From assembly GCA_029262995.1 (NCBI GenBank), contig JAJCYH010000018.1:52326-116325 (forward strand): DNA of 64,000 nucleotides. Direction: 5' to 3'. Origin of the DNA: Saprospiraceae bacterium (GTDB lineage: Bacteria > Bacteroidota > Bacteroidia > Chitinophagales > Saprospiraceae). The notes under the pieces were generated by a model that did not search any database, had not been told where the DNA came from, and saw only the letters and a list, made by a program, of their open reading frames with translations. Position numbers and translations under genes: made by a program. Shown here piece after piece: positions 29,022 through 38,404 of the stretch (its first letter is position 1; the number at the start of each line of letters is the position of its first letter).

Positions 29022-30563
29022 TTATGCTTGTTCACGCATCATTTCTAACCCATCTCTAAGGATAGACTGCAATGGCATCTTTGACGTACAACTAAATTCA
29101 GCTAAAGCCACATCTTCTTCACTCAACTCATTAATTCCTAATGCCTCCATTCTTTCAATATCTCCAATCATTATTGCCTTCATTAAATGTTGAGGATAAA
29201 TATCCATTGGCAATACCTTTTCATATTGACCTGTCATTACAAAGGCTCTTAATTCACCATGTGTATTGGTATCTACTTCAAATCTATGATTCTTAAATAA
29301 GAAGTTTGGAAAAGTCCCCGAAAAACTAGGTCTTGGTTTGATCGGCAACAACCAACCAAACAATTCATAATAATCTCCTTCCTTAATAGCTGTTATCATA
29401 TTGTACTTTACGCCAAGGAAATCATCCTCTCCACTTGTTTCGCCCGAAAGAACATTACCAAGAATTATTCTTGATTCTACATCGTCGTTAAGTCTCCCCT
29501 TTAAAAGGTCACTAACGCTAGCTCCAGCCTTTGTTCTCACTAGGATAGGCTCAATGATTTGCCCCCCAGTTATTCCAATAATTCTAGTTGTGTCAAATAT
29601 CCCTACTCGAAATAGTTTACCAATAACCAATAGATCTTCAATTTTTAGTGTCCAAACTGTAGCATTACCTCTTATCGGAGCGATGTGATGAATTTGAACG
29701 CCAACATTTCCAGCAGGATGCTGTCCAGCAAACCAATGCTTTTCTACGCCTTTTGCTTTTAGCAACACATCATGTGGCTGATTTCCTTCTCTTCCGTCTA
29801 AACCCAAATATACTTTACCATCTGTAAGCTTATTCAACACATCAATAGCCATTTGGAAATCTTCAGATCTTTCATTAAGAATAAATTGACTTCCTATTGC
29901 CAATGGTGCAGTATCAAAACATGAAATAAAGATATTCTCTGGTGAATTTTCTGGATCAGCAATCACATCAAAAGGTCTTTGAAGGATCATTGGCCACACA
30001 CCCGAAGCTTGAAGAAATGAAGATATTTCTTCCCTGCTTGAATGCAGTGAAGGAACATCAAACTTTTTATATTGCTGTTCTCTGTCAGCAAGTATTACCA
30101 GATGAGATATAGACCTTTTAGCACCCCTCCTGATTTCTACCAATTCTCCACTTACTGGTGAAACATATTTAATGTTTGGGTTTGATTTATCAAAAAATAA
30201 TGCATCACCAGCCAGAACTTCACTACCCTCTTCAACTTCAACTTTAGGAATAGGAGCAATGCCTCTGAAATCTGTTGGCTTGACTCCAAATCTGCTTACT
30301 TCTGCATCTACGATTGTGGTTCCTGGCATTCCAGATAAAAGAATATCACGTCCTTTTGTTAATCTGTGAAACCTAGATTTGTCGACATAAGGAGGAGTAG
30401 GTTTTGCAAATAGTTCGGAAAGTTTAGGATAAATACTCAAATTCTTTTTCGATGTATCTATTCCTTGTTTTTGGGCCTCGATCTGGATTAAATTATCTGA
30501 AATTGAAAAAACAGAAGCCAATACCAGAAGGACAACTATGATAATTAAGGCAGCAATTAGCAT
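29022..30563 (-). CDS. nqrA: Na+-NQR subunit A with an N-terminal hydrophobic extension of about 64 aa
   Basis: NqrA-like sequence starts near HRLTKGRDILLSG...VSPVSGELVEIRRGAKR. Upstream of it the only in-frame start I can find is the ATG at 30563, which adds MLIAALIIIVVLLVLASVFSI. Confidence 0.85.
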   Translation of the reverse strand: MLIAALIIIVVLLVLASVFSISDNLIQIEAQKQGIDTSKKNLSIYPKLSELFAKPTPPYVDKSRFHRLTKGRDILLSGMPGTTIVDAEVSRFGVKPTDFRGIAPIPKVEVEEGSEVLAGDALFFDKSNPNIKYVSPVSGELVEIRRGAKRSISHLVILADREQQYKKFDVPSLHSSREEISSFLQASGVWPMILQRPFDVIADPENSPENIFISCFDTAPLAIGSQFILNERSEDFQMAIDVLNKLTDGKVYLGLDGREGNQPHDVLLKAKGVEKHWFAGQHPAGNVGVQIHHIAPIRGNATVWTLKIEDLLVIGKLFRVGIFDTTRIIGITGGQIIEPILVRTKAGASVSDLLKGRLNDDVESRIILGNVLSGETSGEDDFLGVKYNMITAIKEGDYYELFGWLLPIKPRPSFSGTFPNFLFKNHRFEVDTNTHGELRAFVMTGQYEKVLPMDIYPQHLMKAIMIGDIERMEALGINELSEEDVALAEFSCTSKMPLQSILRDGLEMMREQA

Positions 30564-30627
30564 TACTCAATTGTTTGATTCACTTAAGCTTGCTTCAGAG
30601 CAATTAAAACAGCCCCGAAAATCAGCG

Positions 30628-30635
30628 CAAATATA
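30628..30635 (-). promoter_or_regulatory. Candidate -7 box TATATTTG upstream of nqrA
   Basis: The reverse complement of caaatata matches TAnnTTTG, 65 nt upstream of the nqrA ATG. Confidence 0.35.
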
Positions 30636-30687
30636 AAATTCTTTAAGCATAACTTAATCCACTCACAAGCTCAAAAAACACTATTTC

Positions 30688-30712
30688 ATTATTTAGATAT
30701 TATCTAAACAAG
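30688..30712. promoter_or_regulatory. Copy 2 of the palindromic motif (ATTATTTAGATATTATCTAAACAAG; core TTTAGATA-t-TATCTAAA)
   Basis: Read directly. 8-1-8 perfect inverted repeat, 21/25 identical to 2888..2912. It lies between the terminator of the upstream gene and the nqrA -7 box. Confidence 0.5.
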
Positions 30713-30769
30713 ATTACTAAATTCTTAACAATGAATCGAACTTCTTGTTGTATAAAAAGGAAACAAAAT

Positions 30770-30798
30770 AAAAAAAAGCCGCATGGTAAACATGCAGC
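30770..30798 (-). terminator. Rho-independent terminator of the 1743-aa gene
   Basis: The minus strand reads GCTGCATG-tttac-CATGCGGC followed by TTTTTTTT, 25 nt after the stop codon. Confidence 0.8.
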
Positions 30799-30822
30799 TT
30801 CTAGATTCAATAGAATTCAATA

Positions 30823-33800
30823 CTAACGTATTTGTATCATTTTACGACTATCTGTTCCATAATCAGTCTCTATTTTGTAGTACATAACTCCCGTAGAATT
30901 AAGTTGTTCCCTTGAAAGTCTAAGTGTATGCATTCCTGCATCATATCTCGATTTGTCCTGTAGTAAAACTCTTCCTGTTACATCAAAAACAGTGAACTTT
31001 ACATTAGAACTTTCTGGTAATCTGAATCTGATATCTGTTGTTTCTAGGAATGGGTTAGGAACGTTCTGGAAAAGAACAAATTCTTTTGATTCCTGACCTC
31101 TGAATTCGATGCTCATATCCATGATTCTAAGATCACTATCATAAGCCTCCATTTTTGTAAGATTTGAACTGATATACAATTCATCACTCAACTGAGAACT
31201 TTCCTTAACATCGAATATAAGTTCGAATAATACCTCATCAGAATCTACATTGCTTTCGTTAATTGTATTCCAACTCAAACTAACCATACCTTCATTTAGA
31301 TATGCAGTTCCAAGGTTTTCTTCGTTTAAGTCAATTGAAGAAGATTCAACACCTACAAATTCTAATCTTTCTGTATCAAAGTTGAAAGTATTCTGGAATC
31401 CAACAACTTCTTCAATATTCTTGGCGAAGAATGGTATTCTTACTCTTTCACCTCTTACCAATGATACTTCATCCGTCACTAAATCTAAGTTTGCAGGAGA
31501 TCTTCTTTCCCCTTCTCTTTCAATGCCTTGGAACTTAAGATCAGCAGAAGCATTGACATCACCAATTTTCACAGCAACAAAATTCTGATTGTTCATATCT
31601 CCTTGGAGATTGAAAATATCAATCGTTTCACTGTAAGGGAATGGCGACTGTACGTCAAGGAATGCCTGACCTTGATCAGGGAATCTCCAAGCCTGCTGCC
31701 CATTAGGAAACTCTTCAGTAATTCCTAATATCAACTTACGTATCGTCAATAAATCTAATGCACTCAAACTTCCACTATTGTCAGCATCAGCTGCAATCAA
31801 TTTGTATGGAGAATTTAATGAACTCAATCCTAGTATATGTCTCTGGATCAAAACTAAATCCAATGTACTTACACCGTTCAACGGATCATCATCCATTCTA
31901 CCACTAATTTCATAATCTGTTGATGTTGGAATGTCTTCAAAAGCATATCTACCATTTGCTTCCGTAACATCTACATTTGTGAAGTCAACATTCATATTTC
32001 TAATGGTAACTGAAACGTTTTCTAAATTCTCGCTAAATTCAGTTTTAACATTACCAGCAATTTTAGAACCTGCAATATCAGGACATAAATCACTTTGGTT
32101 GTCCTGTAAGTTCAACTGAACGATACAGAAATCTCTGTTTCCATATTCATCCTCATAATATACATTCAAAGGAAGAACCTGAGATATTCCATTTAAAATA
32201 TCATCACAATCAAAGATTAAGAAGTAAGTCTTTGTATTTCCATCAAGGAAATAAACATCAAGAGAATTAAAGTTATTACAATCAGCATTACCTGTGTAAT
32301 TGTCAAATCCTCCCAAGTCAAAGTCAGAAGCCCATATCTCTGCCGAACCATTGGTATTCATCGTTGCAGTAACAACCGAACCAAGGCAATAAGGCGTAGG
32401 TGCTTTTCTGTCTATTACATTTACCCTCGTTGTTGTTTCAAAGACATTTCCACAATGATCTTCAGCATACCAGTAAATTGTGCTTAGTCCAAAGGGATAC
32501 GCACCATTGGCATCCATGCTTGTAATCGTAGAAGAGAAACTTCCATCAGGGAATTGTATTCTATAGTTATACGTGATATCCTGAGTATCAAACATATCTG
32601 TACAAGTATCTGTAATATCAGCTACCAATGCAGAAGTGTCAATAACAGTCAGACAACTCTCAGTTTTAGATTCAATGGTCAAGTTACCTGTAACATTAAT
32701 ATCAGGTGGCGTATTATCATCAATCTTAATCACCTGTATATGTGTTCTTGTTGCCTGAGCAATACTTGTTCTTTCAGCCAAACACCAATCAATTACAGTC
32801 CATTCTCTTAAGATTTTCAAACATGCATCTTGCACTTCAGGAAATATTGTATCATCCCATCCTATTGCAATATCATTGCAAATACTAGAGTTTACGATAA
32901 TATAATCTGCTCCATTCTGGAAAGGCAGGTTATAAGGCTCTAAGCCAGCGATGTCAGAACAATTGCTCACTATATAATCTTGCGGCCATCTACTAACCTG
33001 AAAGTTATTAGGATTAGAAACGGACGCATTTGTGTATGAAAATGTCTGAGTAAAATCATCAAGAACATCATTACATTGATCCAATACTTGATATCTAACC
33101 GATCTTTGACCAACCCCACATCCTTGTGCTTCAAAAGGAGATCTAGCCTGCGATTCATTTACTACAACCACTTTTAAGTTTAACTCTGGATTTTGTAAAT
33201 TTCTGTTAAAACAGTTATCTACCCAAACAAATTCTGTCAATGATTGATCAATAATTGAATTGATATCTACAGGACTCTCAGTACAATCAAAAGTGAATGA
33301 ACGCTGAGGTGTCTGTACCTCCTGAGGAGGTAGATTATCTTGTAATTCTACTTCCACTTGACAAGTATTTGTATTACCTGCAGCATCTGTAACTCTTAAA
33401 TGCATTATTCTGTTCGGATTTTGGCAACTACATCCAAATTCATAGGTTGCACGGTAAGCAAAATTACTTTCGTTTGCACCTTTGATTTCATAAGATACTA
33501 CACCACAGTTATCCCATGATCCGTTATCTAATGATTCTGCATGTACTTTAGCAATTCCTGTCTCTCCAAAAGCAGCTACTGTATATTCTATACATACCGG
33601 TATTGGCTTTGTTTTATCAACAACATCAACCTCGGTAAAGCACTCTCCTGTATTTCCACATTCATCGGTCACTACCATCTTGATCCATGCTCTTCTTCCT
33701 ACAGGAATGCCTCTAATTTCATAAGGAATTCCAGAGCTAAATACATCATTAACCTGTCTACCCTGTTCATCATATACGTTTGTTTGAATATATGCTCCAT

Positions 33801-36054
33801 TTACTGGTGGAACTGTAGGATCATCATCATTGTCCAAAAGATAAAATACTCTTAGTGATAAATCATCACCACAAGCATTGTCCGTAATAATAGGAGGTAC
33901 TATTTTCCAATTACCATCACATGTATAAGGGTTAGACGTTGCTGTATATGCATCTAATGCCAAATCGTATCCAATGCTCGCTGCTTGAGAAGAACTCAAA
34001 TTATCAGGAACACAAGAGATGCTTATTGGTTGATCATCTATAACTTTTATTGTCTGATCATATTGAACGATGTCACCTGAACACCAGTCTAGTACAGCCC
34101 ATGAACGTATCGTTTTCTTAGCTACGGGACCACATATTTCAAATGTCAAATCATTATGTGTCACTTGGAAATTACCACACAAGTCACCAAAAGGAACTCT
34201 TGGCTCACCTGTTCTTGAAGGTAATGGCACACCATTGTCATCAAAATCAGAATCCACTAAATCTTTACATCTTAATGCTGGTTGATTCAGGTCATCATAA
34301 CTCTTTGGCCAGATGATTTCATCCACAGTCCATTGTCTCAAATATATATTCTGATCACAAGTTGCAGATTTACCTGAAGCGTTATTGGTCACTCTCCATG
34401 TCCTTATGATATGCCTCCAAAAACCATCTTCACAGTTTGTTCCCAATTGCTCATCTTCATAGGTAGTAGATTGACCAGTTGAACAACCATTGGATTCAAC
34501 TACTTCCGTTGCACTTAATAGATAGCCCTCAATGGTATATACCTGTAAATCGGCTTCGATGATTAAAATATCATCAGAACCTGAATTGTTAACTACCTCG
34601 AGTTGCCAAACCGTATTGCCCATATCCTCAGCATCTTCACCATAAAACTGATTGAAGAAATCTGATGGTTGAAAACTTCCAATTAAGGCGTTCTTCGTTG
34701 AACGACACAATACTGGTGAACCAAACATAGCATAACTTTGATTGGCGTTGTCTCTAAAACAAACACTCAAATTACTCTTGGTACATGGAGAACTAAATCC
34801 AGGATCTCCAAGATCCACCAATAAATTTTGTGTTCCTGAAGGCGATGTCAATCTTAATTCCAGATTGCTAACATCTTCCATATTCGCTTTAAAATTCACA
34901 AGAACACCTGTTATTTCACCAGCAATATCCGGAAGGTTAAGGTTATACACTTCTGTTGTTGAAGGAGATACTGTCTCATTTATCACCCATCCTCTATCAA
35001 AACCTCTAATTTCATCACCAGGAGCGGTTCCTAATGTAGAACAATACATCACAACTGTATCACAGTCAAGTATTGGTGCGGATTTATCTTCAGCCAGGAT
35101 TTGTCCCCAACATGAAATACCTGTTTGTCCCGTTACGGTAACATTATACATACCTGGAGCTGATATCATTACTGATCCAATATCCGATGATGCAAATCCA
35201 GTTGCAACTTCTTCAATATCCAATTGGAAGAGATCAAAGCAATAATCACCTTCTAAAATCATATCAGGTGTAATAATTGCTTCACAATCGCCATCTAGGG
35301 TCATATTGATCAAATCGTTACACGCTAAATTCCCTCTGCTCTCTACTACCCTTACTTCAGTCAAGCACTGATCCAATATCTCTGCTCCAGAAAGAATATC
35401 AATTCTTAGTTCATGAAAACCGAAGGGAATATCAGAATAGCTTAATCCCGCACCATAGGTTTGATTTAACAACACATTATTGATAGCTGGATTCATTGGT
35501 GGAACATCAGCCGCTTGACCTGATCCGCTCTGCAATGATAATGTAATGTCCCATGTATAGGCAGTCCCAGTACAAAATACCTGATTAATGGTAAATCCAT
35601 TGAATAATAAGTTTTTTGCACAGTCTGGATCATTTAAGTCTGGTGTAACTATAATTGTCTTAGGACATTCCCAATCAACGATATTATTAACAACTATGTC
35701 AATAGTGTCTTTCCTTACATCCCCCGATTGAAATTTTGCTGATACAATATACTCACCTGTATAGTTAGGTGAATTCAACTCCAAGTCTGGGCTTATCAAT
35801 GTAGAAGAAAAGCCATTAGGACCAGTCCAAGTCCAAGCAATATTGGCATCGTCTATTGGATTTGCTCCATTATAGCCAGTAGCCGTAAAAGTAACTGTAT
35901 TTCCGAATTCGGCACAGTCGGTGTAGCCATCCATTGGTGTATCTATAACTACGGATGTTTGGGCATCAATACTTGTACAAAATAAGACCATACACATTGC
36001 TGTAAAATAGGTCTTGATCATTGTCCTCAAGATTGTGTTATTAAAATTTTTCAT
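30823..36054 (-). CDS. Giant secreted multidomain protein: HYR-like repeats, proprotein-convertase P-domain, dockerin-like and cohesin-like modules, T9SS type A C-terminal sorting domain
   Basis: Signal peptide from the second Met (MKNFNN...CTSIDAQ). P-domain-like LELRLTSPSGTQNLLV...WQLEVVNN. Repeated DxxxP(x)xxC boundaries are typical of HYR modules. Dockerin-like DADNSGSLSALDLLTIRKLILG. The C-terminus FVLFQNVPNPF...MYYKIETD is Por-secretion-tail-like. Confidence 0.8.
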   Translation of the reverse strand: MKNFNNTILRTMIKTYFTAMCMVLFCTSIDAQTSVVIDTPMDGYTDCAEFGNTVTFTATGYNGANPIDDANIAWTWTGPNGFSSTLISPDLELNSPNYTGEYIVSAKFQSGDVRKDTIDIVVNNIVDWECPKTIIVTPDLNDPDCAKNLLFNGFTINQVFCTGTAYTWDITLSLQSGSGQAADVPPMNPAINNVLLNQTYGAGLSYSDIPFGFHELRIDILSGAEILDQCLTEVRVVESRGNLACNDLINMTLDGDCEAIITPDMILEGDYCFDLFQLDIEEVATGFASSDIGSVMISAPGMYNVTVTGQTGISCWGQILAEDKSAPILDCDTVVMYCSTLGTAPGDEIRGFDRGWVINETVSPSTTEVYNLNLPDIAGEITGVLVNFKANMEDVSNLELRLTSPSGTQNLLVDLGDPGFSSPCTKSNLSVCFRDNANQSYAMFGSPVLCRSTKNALIGSFQPSDFFNQFYGEDAEDMGNTVWQLEVVNNSGSDDILIIEADLQVYTIEGYLLSATEVVESNGCSTGQSTTYEDEQLGTNCEDGFWRHIIRTWRVTNNASGKSATCDQNIYLRQWTVDEIIWPKSYDDLNQPALRCKDLVDSDFDDNGVPLPSRTGEPRVPFGDLCGNFQVTHNDLTFEICGPVAKKTIRSWAVLDWCSGDIVQYDQTIKVIDDQPISISCVPDNLSSSQAASIGYDLALDAYTATSNPYTCDGNWKIVPPIITDNACGDDLSLRVFYLLDNDDDPTVPPVNGAYIQTNVYDEQGRQVNDVFSSGIPYEIRGIPVGRRAWIKMVVTDECGNTGECFTEVDVVDKTKPIPVCIEYTVAAFGETGIAKVHAESLDNGSWDNCGVVSYEIKGANESNFAYRATYEFGCSCQNPNRIMHLRVTDAAGNTNTCQVEVELQDNLPPQEVQTPQRSFTFDCTESPVDINSIIDQSLTEFVWVDNCFNRNLQNPELNLKVVVVNESQARSPFEAQGCGVGQRSVRYQVLDQCNDVLDDFTQTFSYTNASVSNPNNFQVSRWPQDYIVSNCSDIAGLEPYNLPFQNGADYIIVNSSICNDIAIGWDDTIFPEVQDACLKILREWTVIDWCLAERTSIAQATRTHIQVIKIDDNTPPDINVTGNLTIESKTESCLTVIDTSALVADITDTCTDMFDTQDITYNYRIQFPDGSFSSTITSMDANGAYPFGLSTIYWYAEDHCGNVFETTTRVNVIDRKAPTPYCLGSVVTATMNTNGSAEIWASDFDLGGFDNYTGNADCNNFNSLDVYFLDGNTKTYFLIFDCDDILNGISQVLPLNVYYEDEYGNRDFCIVQLNLQDNQSDLCPDIAGSKIAGNVKTEFSENLENVSVTIRNMNVDFTNVDVTEANGRYAFEDIPTSTDYEISGRMDDDPLNGVSTLDLVLIQRHILGLSSLNSPYKLIAADADNSGSLSALDLLTIRKLILGITEEFPNGQQAWRFPDQGQAFLDVQSPFPYSETIDIFNLQGDMNNQNFVAVKIGDVNASADLKFQGIEREGERRSPANLDLVTDEVSLVRGERVRIPFFAKNIEEVVGFQNTFNFDTERLEFVGVESSSIDLNEENLGTAYLNEGMVSLSWNTINESNVDSDEVLFELIFDVKESSQLSDELYISSNLTKMEAYDSDLRIMDMSIEFRGQESKEFVLFQNVPNPFLETTDIRFRLPESSNVKFTVFDVTGRVLLQDKSRYDAGMHTLRLSREQLNSTGVMYYKIETDYGTDSRKMIQIR

Positions 36055-36343
36055 GGTTAAAAATTTTTGTGTTCTTACGTTAGTATTTTCTATTCTTCTC
36101 ATTAAAATGAATTAAATATTTTTAGTATTAAAGATTCTATTTTTCATATCTCATTGTTTTTCAGGCTTTTAAGCATTAAGACAATGATATATTCAAAGTT
36201 TTTTTAATTCATAATTTGTATGAGGCAAACATTATACCAAATTGTAATATGATAGTACATGCCATGATTTTCGCAGAATTATTACTCTGATTAGAATTAG
36301 ATTACCCTCAAGAATTAGTAACTTTATTTAAAAGCAAAGGGTC

Positions 36344-37372
36344 TTGACCAATTCTAAAAACAAATGCCTCAGTTGCAGTTTTTCAATTTCAGAAACGGAT
36401 AAATACTGTCCTCAATGCGGATTAGAAACCAAATACAGAAACCTGTCAATCAGATTTCTGATCAAATCATTTTTTGAAGCCTTTTTGAATTTTGATGTCA
36501 AAATCTTTCATAGTATGAGAGATATTTGGGTCCCCAATAAGATCACCAAAACATTTTTAGAAGGGAAAAGAGAGTATCATATCCACCCATTTAGATTTTA
36601 TTTTATTTGCCTTATCATATTCTTTACAATGCTTTCTTTTTTGACAAAAAATATAGAGTTTAATGAATTCAATCTTAACGAAATTGTAGCTGAATACGAG
36701 TTCTATCAAGAGTTTGACACGCTGAGTCAGGAATATGTAGCTAACTGTGACCCAGGCATTATCGACAGTATAAAAACCAAACTCTATAGAGATGCAGACA
36801 AACTTGAAAGAGATACATTTTTTGATGCAAAAATTTTTGGATCCGATCTCAGTAAATATGGCATTTCTACTTTAGATGCTTTCAAATTAGAGAATGAGGA
36901 TATGTTTGAAAAATATAAGGTAGTAAGCAGAAAAGATCAATATATCCTGAGTCAATTTAAAAGAGTAGCCACGCATCCTGAATCTGCTATAAGGTTTTTT
37001 ATTGGAAATCTGATTTGGGGATTGATCCTTTTAACTATAATGATTGCCGCTGTATTAAAGCTGTTATATATAAGACATGAAAGCTATTATATTGAACACT
37101 TACTGCATGTATCCAATGTGCATTGCCTCATTCTGCTATTGATTAGCTTTGTAATGCTGCTTCATCTGATTACTGCATTAGAATTATTTCCAGAAATGAT
37201 ATTCTTTTCTCTACTAGCGGGAATATTATATTTTCTTATCTCTATTAAAAGCTACTATGGTGAAAAGCTTATAAAAACATTAGGAAAGCTATTGATTATA
37301 AATGTCTTTTATTTTATCTGTGTTGGAATTATCATGACGATCATTGGCGTTTTTTCACTTATGTTCTTTTAA
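36344..37372 (+). CDS. Zinc-ribbon membrane protein (DUF3667-like)
   Basis: N-terminal CLSC...CPQCG zinc ribbon, FLEGKREYHIHPFRFYF block, and several C-terminal TM helices. TTG start. Confidence 0.55.
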   Translation: MTNSKNKCLSCSFSISETDKYCPQCGLETKYRNLSIRFLIKSFFEAFLNFDVKIFHSMRDIWVPNKITKTFLEGKREYHIHPFRFYFICLIIFFTMLSFLTKNIEFNEFNLNEIVAEYEFYQEFDTLSQEYVANCDPGIIDSIKTKLYRDADKLERDTFFDAKIFGSDLSKYGISTLDAFKLENEDMFEKYKVVSRKDQYILSQFKRVATHPESAIRFFIGNLIWGLILLTIMIAAVLKLLYIRHESYYIEHLLHVSNVHCLILLLISFVMLLHLITALELFPEMIFFSLLAGILYFLISIKSYYGEKLIKTLGKLLIINVFYFICVGIIMTIIGVFSLMFF

Positions 37373-37410
37373 AGCTTATCGCTTAGTTTTCTTAGCAAAT
37401 ATATTTCATC

Positions 37411-37418
37411 GTATATTT
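37411..37418 (+). promoter_or_regulatory. Candidate -7 box TATATTTG upstream of the MerR-family gene
   Basis: Matches TAnnTTTG. It overlaps the TTG start of the track ORF, which argues for the ATG at 37441. Confidence 0.3.
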
Positions 37419-37440
37419 GATTAACGCATATCTAATCGGC

Positions 37441-37800
37441 ATGATAAACCCTGATGAATTACAAAAACGATATTACAAAATTGGCGAAGTTGCCAAAATG
37501 TTTGATGTAGCTCCTTCTCTAATCAGGTTTTGGGAAGAAGAGTTTACGCAATTAAAGCCTGCTAAGACTAAATCAGGAATTAGAAAATTTCAGAAAGATG
37601 ACATTCTGATCCTTAACAGGATTTATGCACTTGTAAAAATTCAGGGATTCAAATTAAAAGGAGCAAAACTTGCTTTGCGCAAAAAAAGTACAGCAGAAAA
37701 TAAATCAGCAGGTCCCAACAAGCAAACTTTGAATAAAATAAAAAGGGAACTAATTGATCTTAGAAACGAAATGACCAAGTTAAAAGAGCATATTAAATAG
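37441..37800 (+). CDS. MerR-family transcriptional regulator (small, coiled-coil tail)
   Basis: HTH YYKIGEVAKMFDVAPSLIRFWEEEF is a typical MerR N-terminus. Confidence 0.8.
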   Translation: MINPDELQKRYYKIGEVAKMFDVAPSLIRFWEEEFTQLKPAKTKSGIRKFQKDDILILNRIYALVKIQGFKLKGAKLALRKKSTAENKSAGPNKQTLNKIKRELIDLRNEMTKLKEHIK

Positions 37801-38404
37801 GATTCAATTCGATGCTTTTTGTACAAAAATTAAAATCAGCTTCATCATTCGAAGCTACAATAATTGTCTTACCATCTGTGTACTCTTCCATCAAATCATA
37901 AAACCATTCTTTTTTGGATTGATCCAAAAATGAAGTTGGTTCGTCAAGAATCAGAAGTGGACAATTCGTACATATCGCAAGACTTAAGTTTAATCTTTGC
38001 TTCATTCCTGATGAAAAATATTTGATGGCTTTATTTCTATGTTTTTCCATATCAGCCAACTGTAAGAACAGTTTTTCATCTTTTAGTTTGTAATCTTTAT
38101 ATATCTTATAATGATTGAATAGCTCATGGGGGTTCAATTCCTCATCCAACTCACTATAAGCTGCAGAAAGTGATAAATGCTTATAAATTGAATCGCGGTT
38201 AATTTTAATACTCTGATAGGAATATGCAATTTCACCTTTGCTTTGGGAAAGATATCCAGATAAAATTCCAATTAAAGTTGATTTTCCACTGCCATTTGGC
38301 CCTTTAATGGCTATTCTGTCTCCACTTTCAATATTTAAATTCAAATTCTTTATAACCCATCCGGAGTCAAATCGCTTAGAAATATTTTTAAGCTCAATTT
38401 TCAT
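37793..38404 (-). CDS. ABC transporter ATP-binding protein
   Basis: Walker A GPNGSGKST, signature SSGMKQR, Walker B LLILDEPTS. It starts immediately after the lpxA stop. Confidence 0.85.
   Translation of the reverse strand: MKIELKNISKRFDSGWVIKNLNLNIESGDRIAIKGPNGSGKSTLIGILSGYLSQSKGEIAYSYQSIKINRDSIYKHLSLSAAYSELDEELNPHELFNHYKIYKDYKLKDEKLFLQLADMEKHRNKAIKYFSSGMKQRLNLSLAICTNCPLLILDEPTSFLDQSKKEWFYDLMEEYTDGKTIIVASNDEADFNFCTKSIELNPI

Noticed and set aside
34742-35245. Antisense ORFs nested in large genes (this 167-aa one, the 204-aa ORF at 45885..46499, and many ORFs of 60-110 aa in the track)
   Set aside because: They lie entirely inside, and opposite to, well-supported genes (the HYR giant, prs, lysS, nqr and others). 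Their translations are low-complexity or nonsensical.
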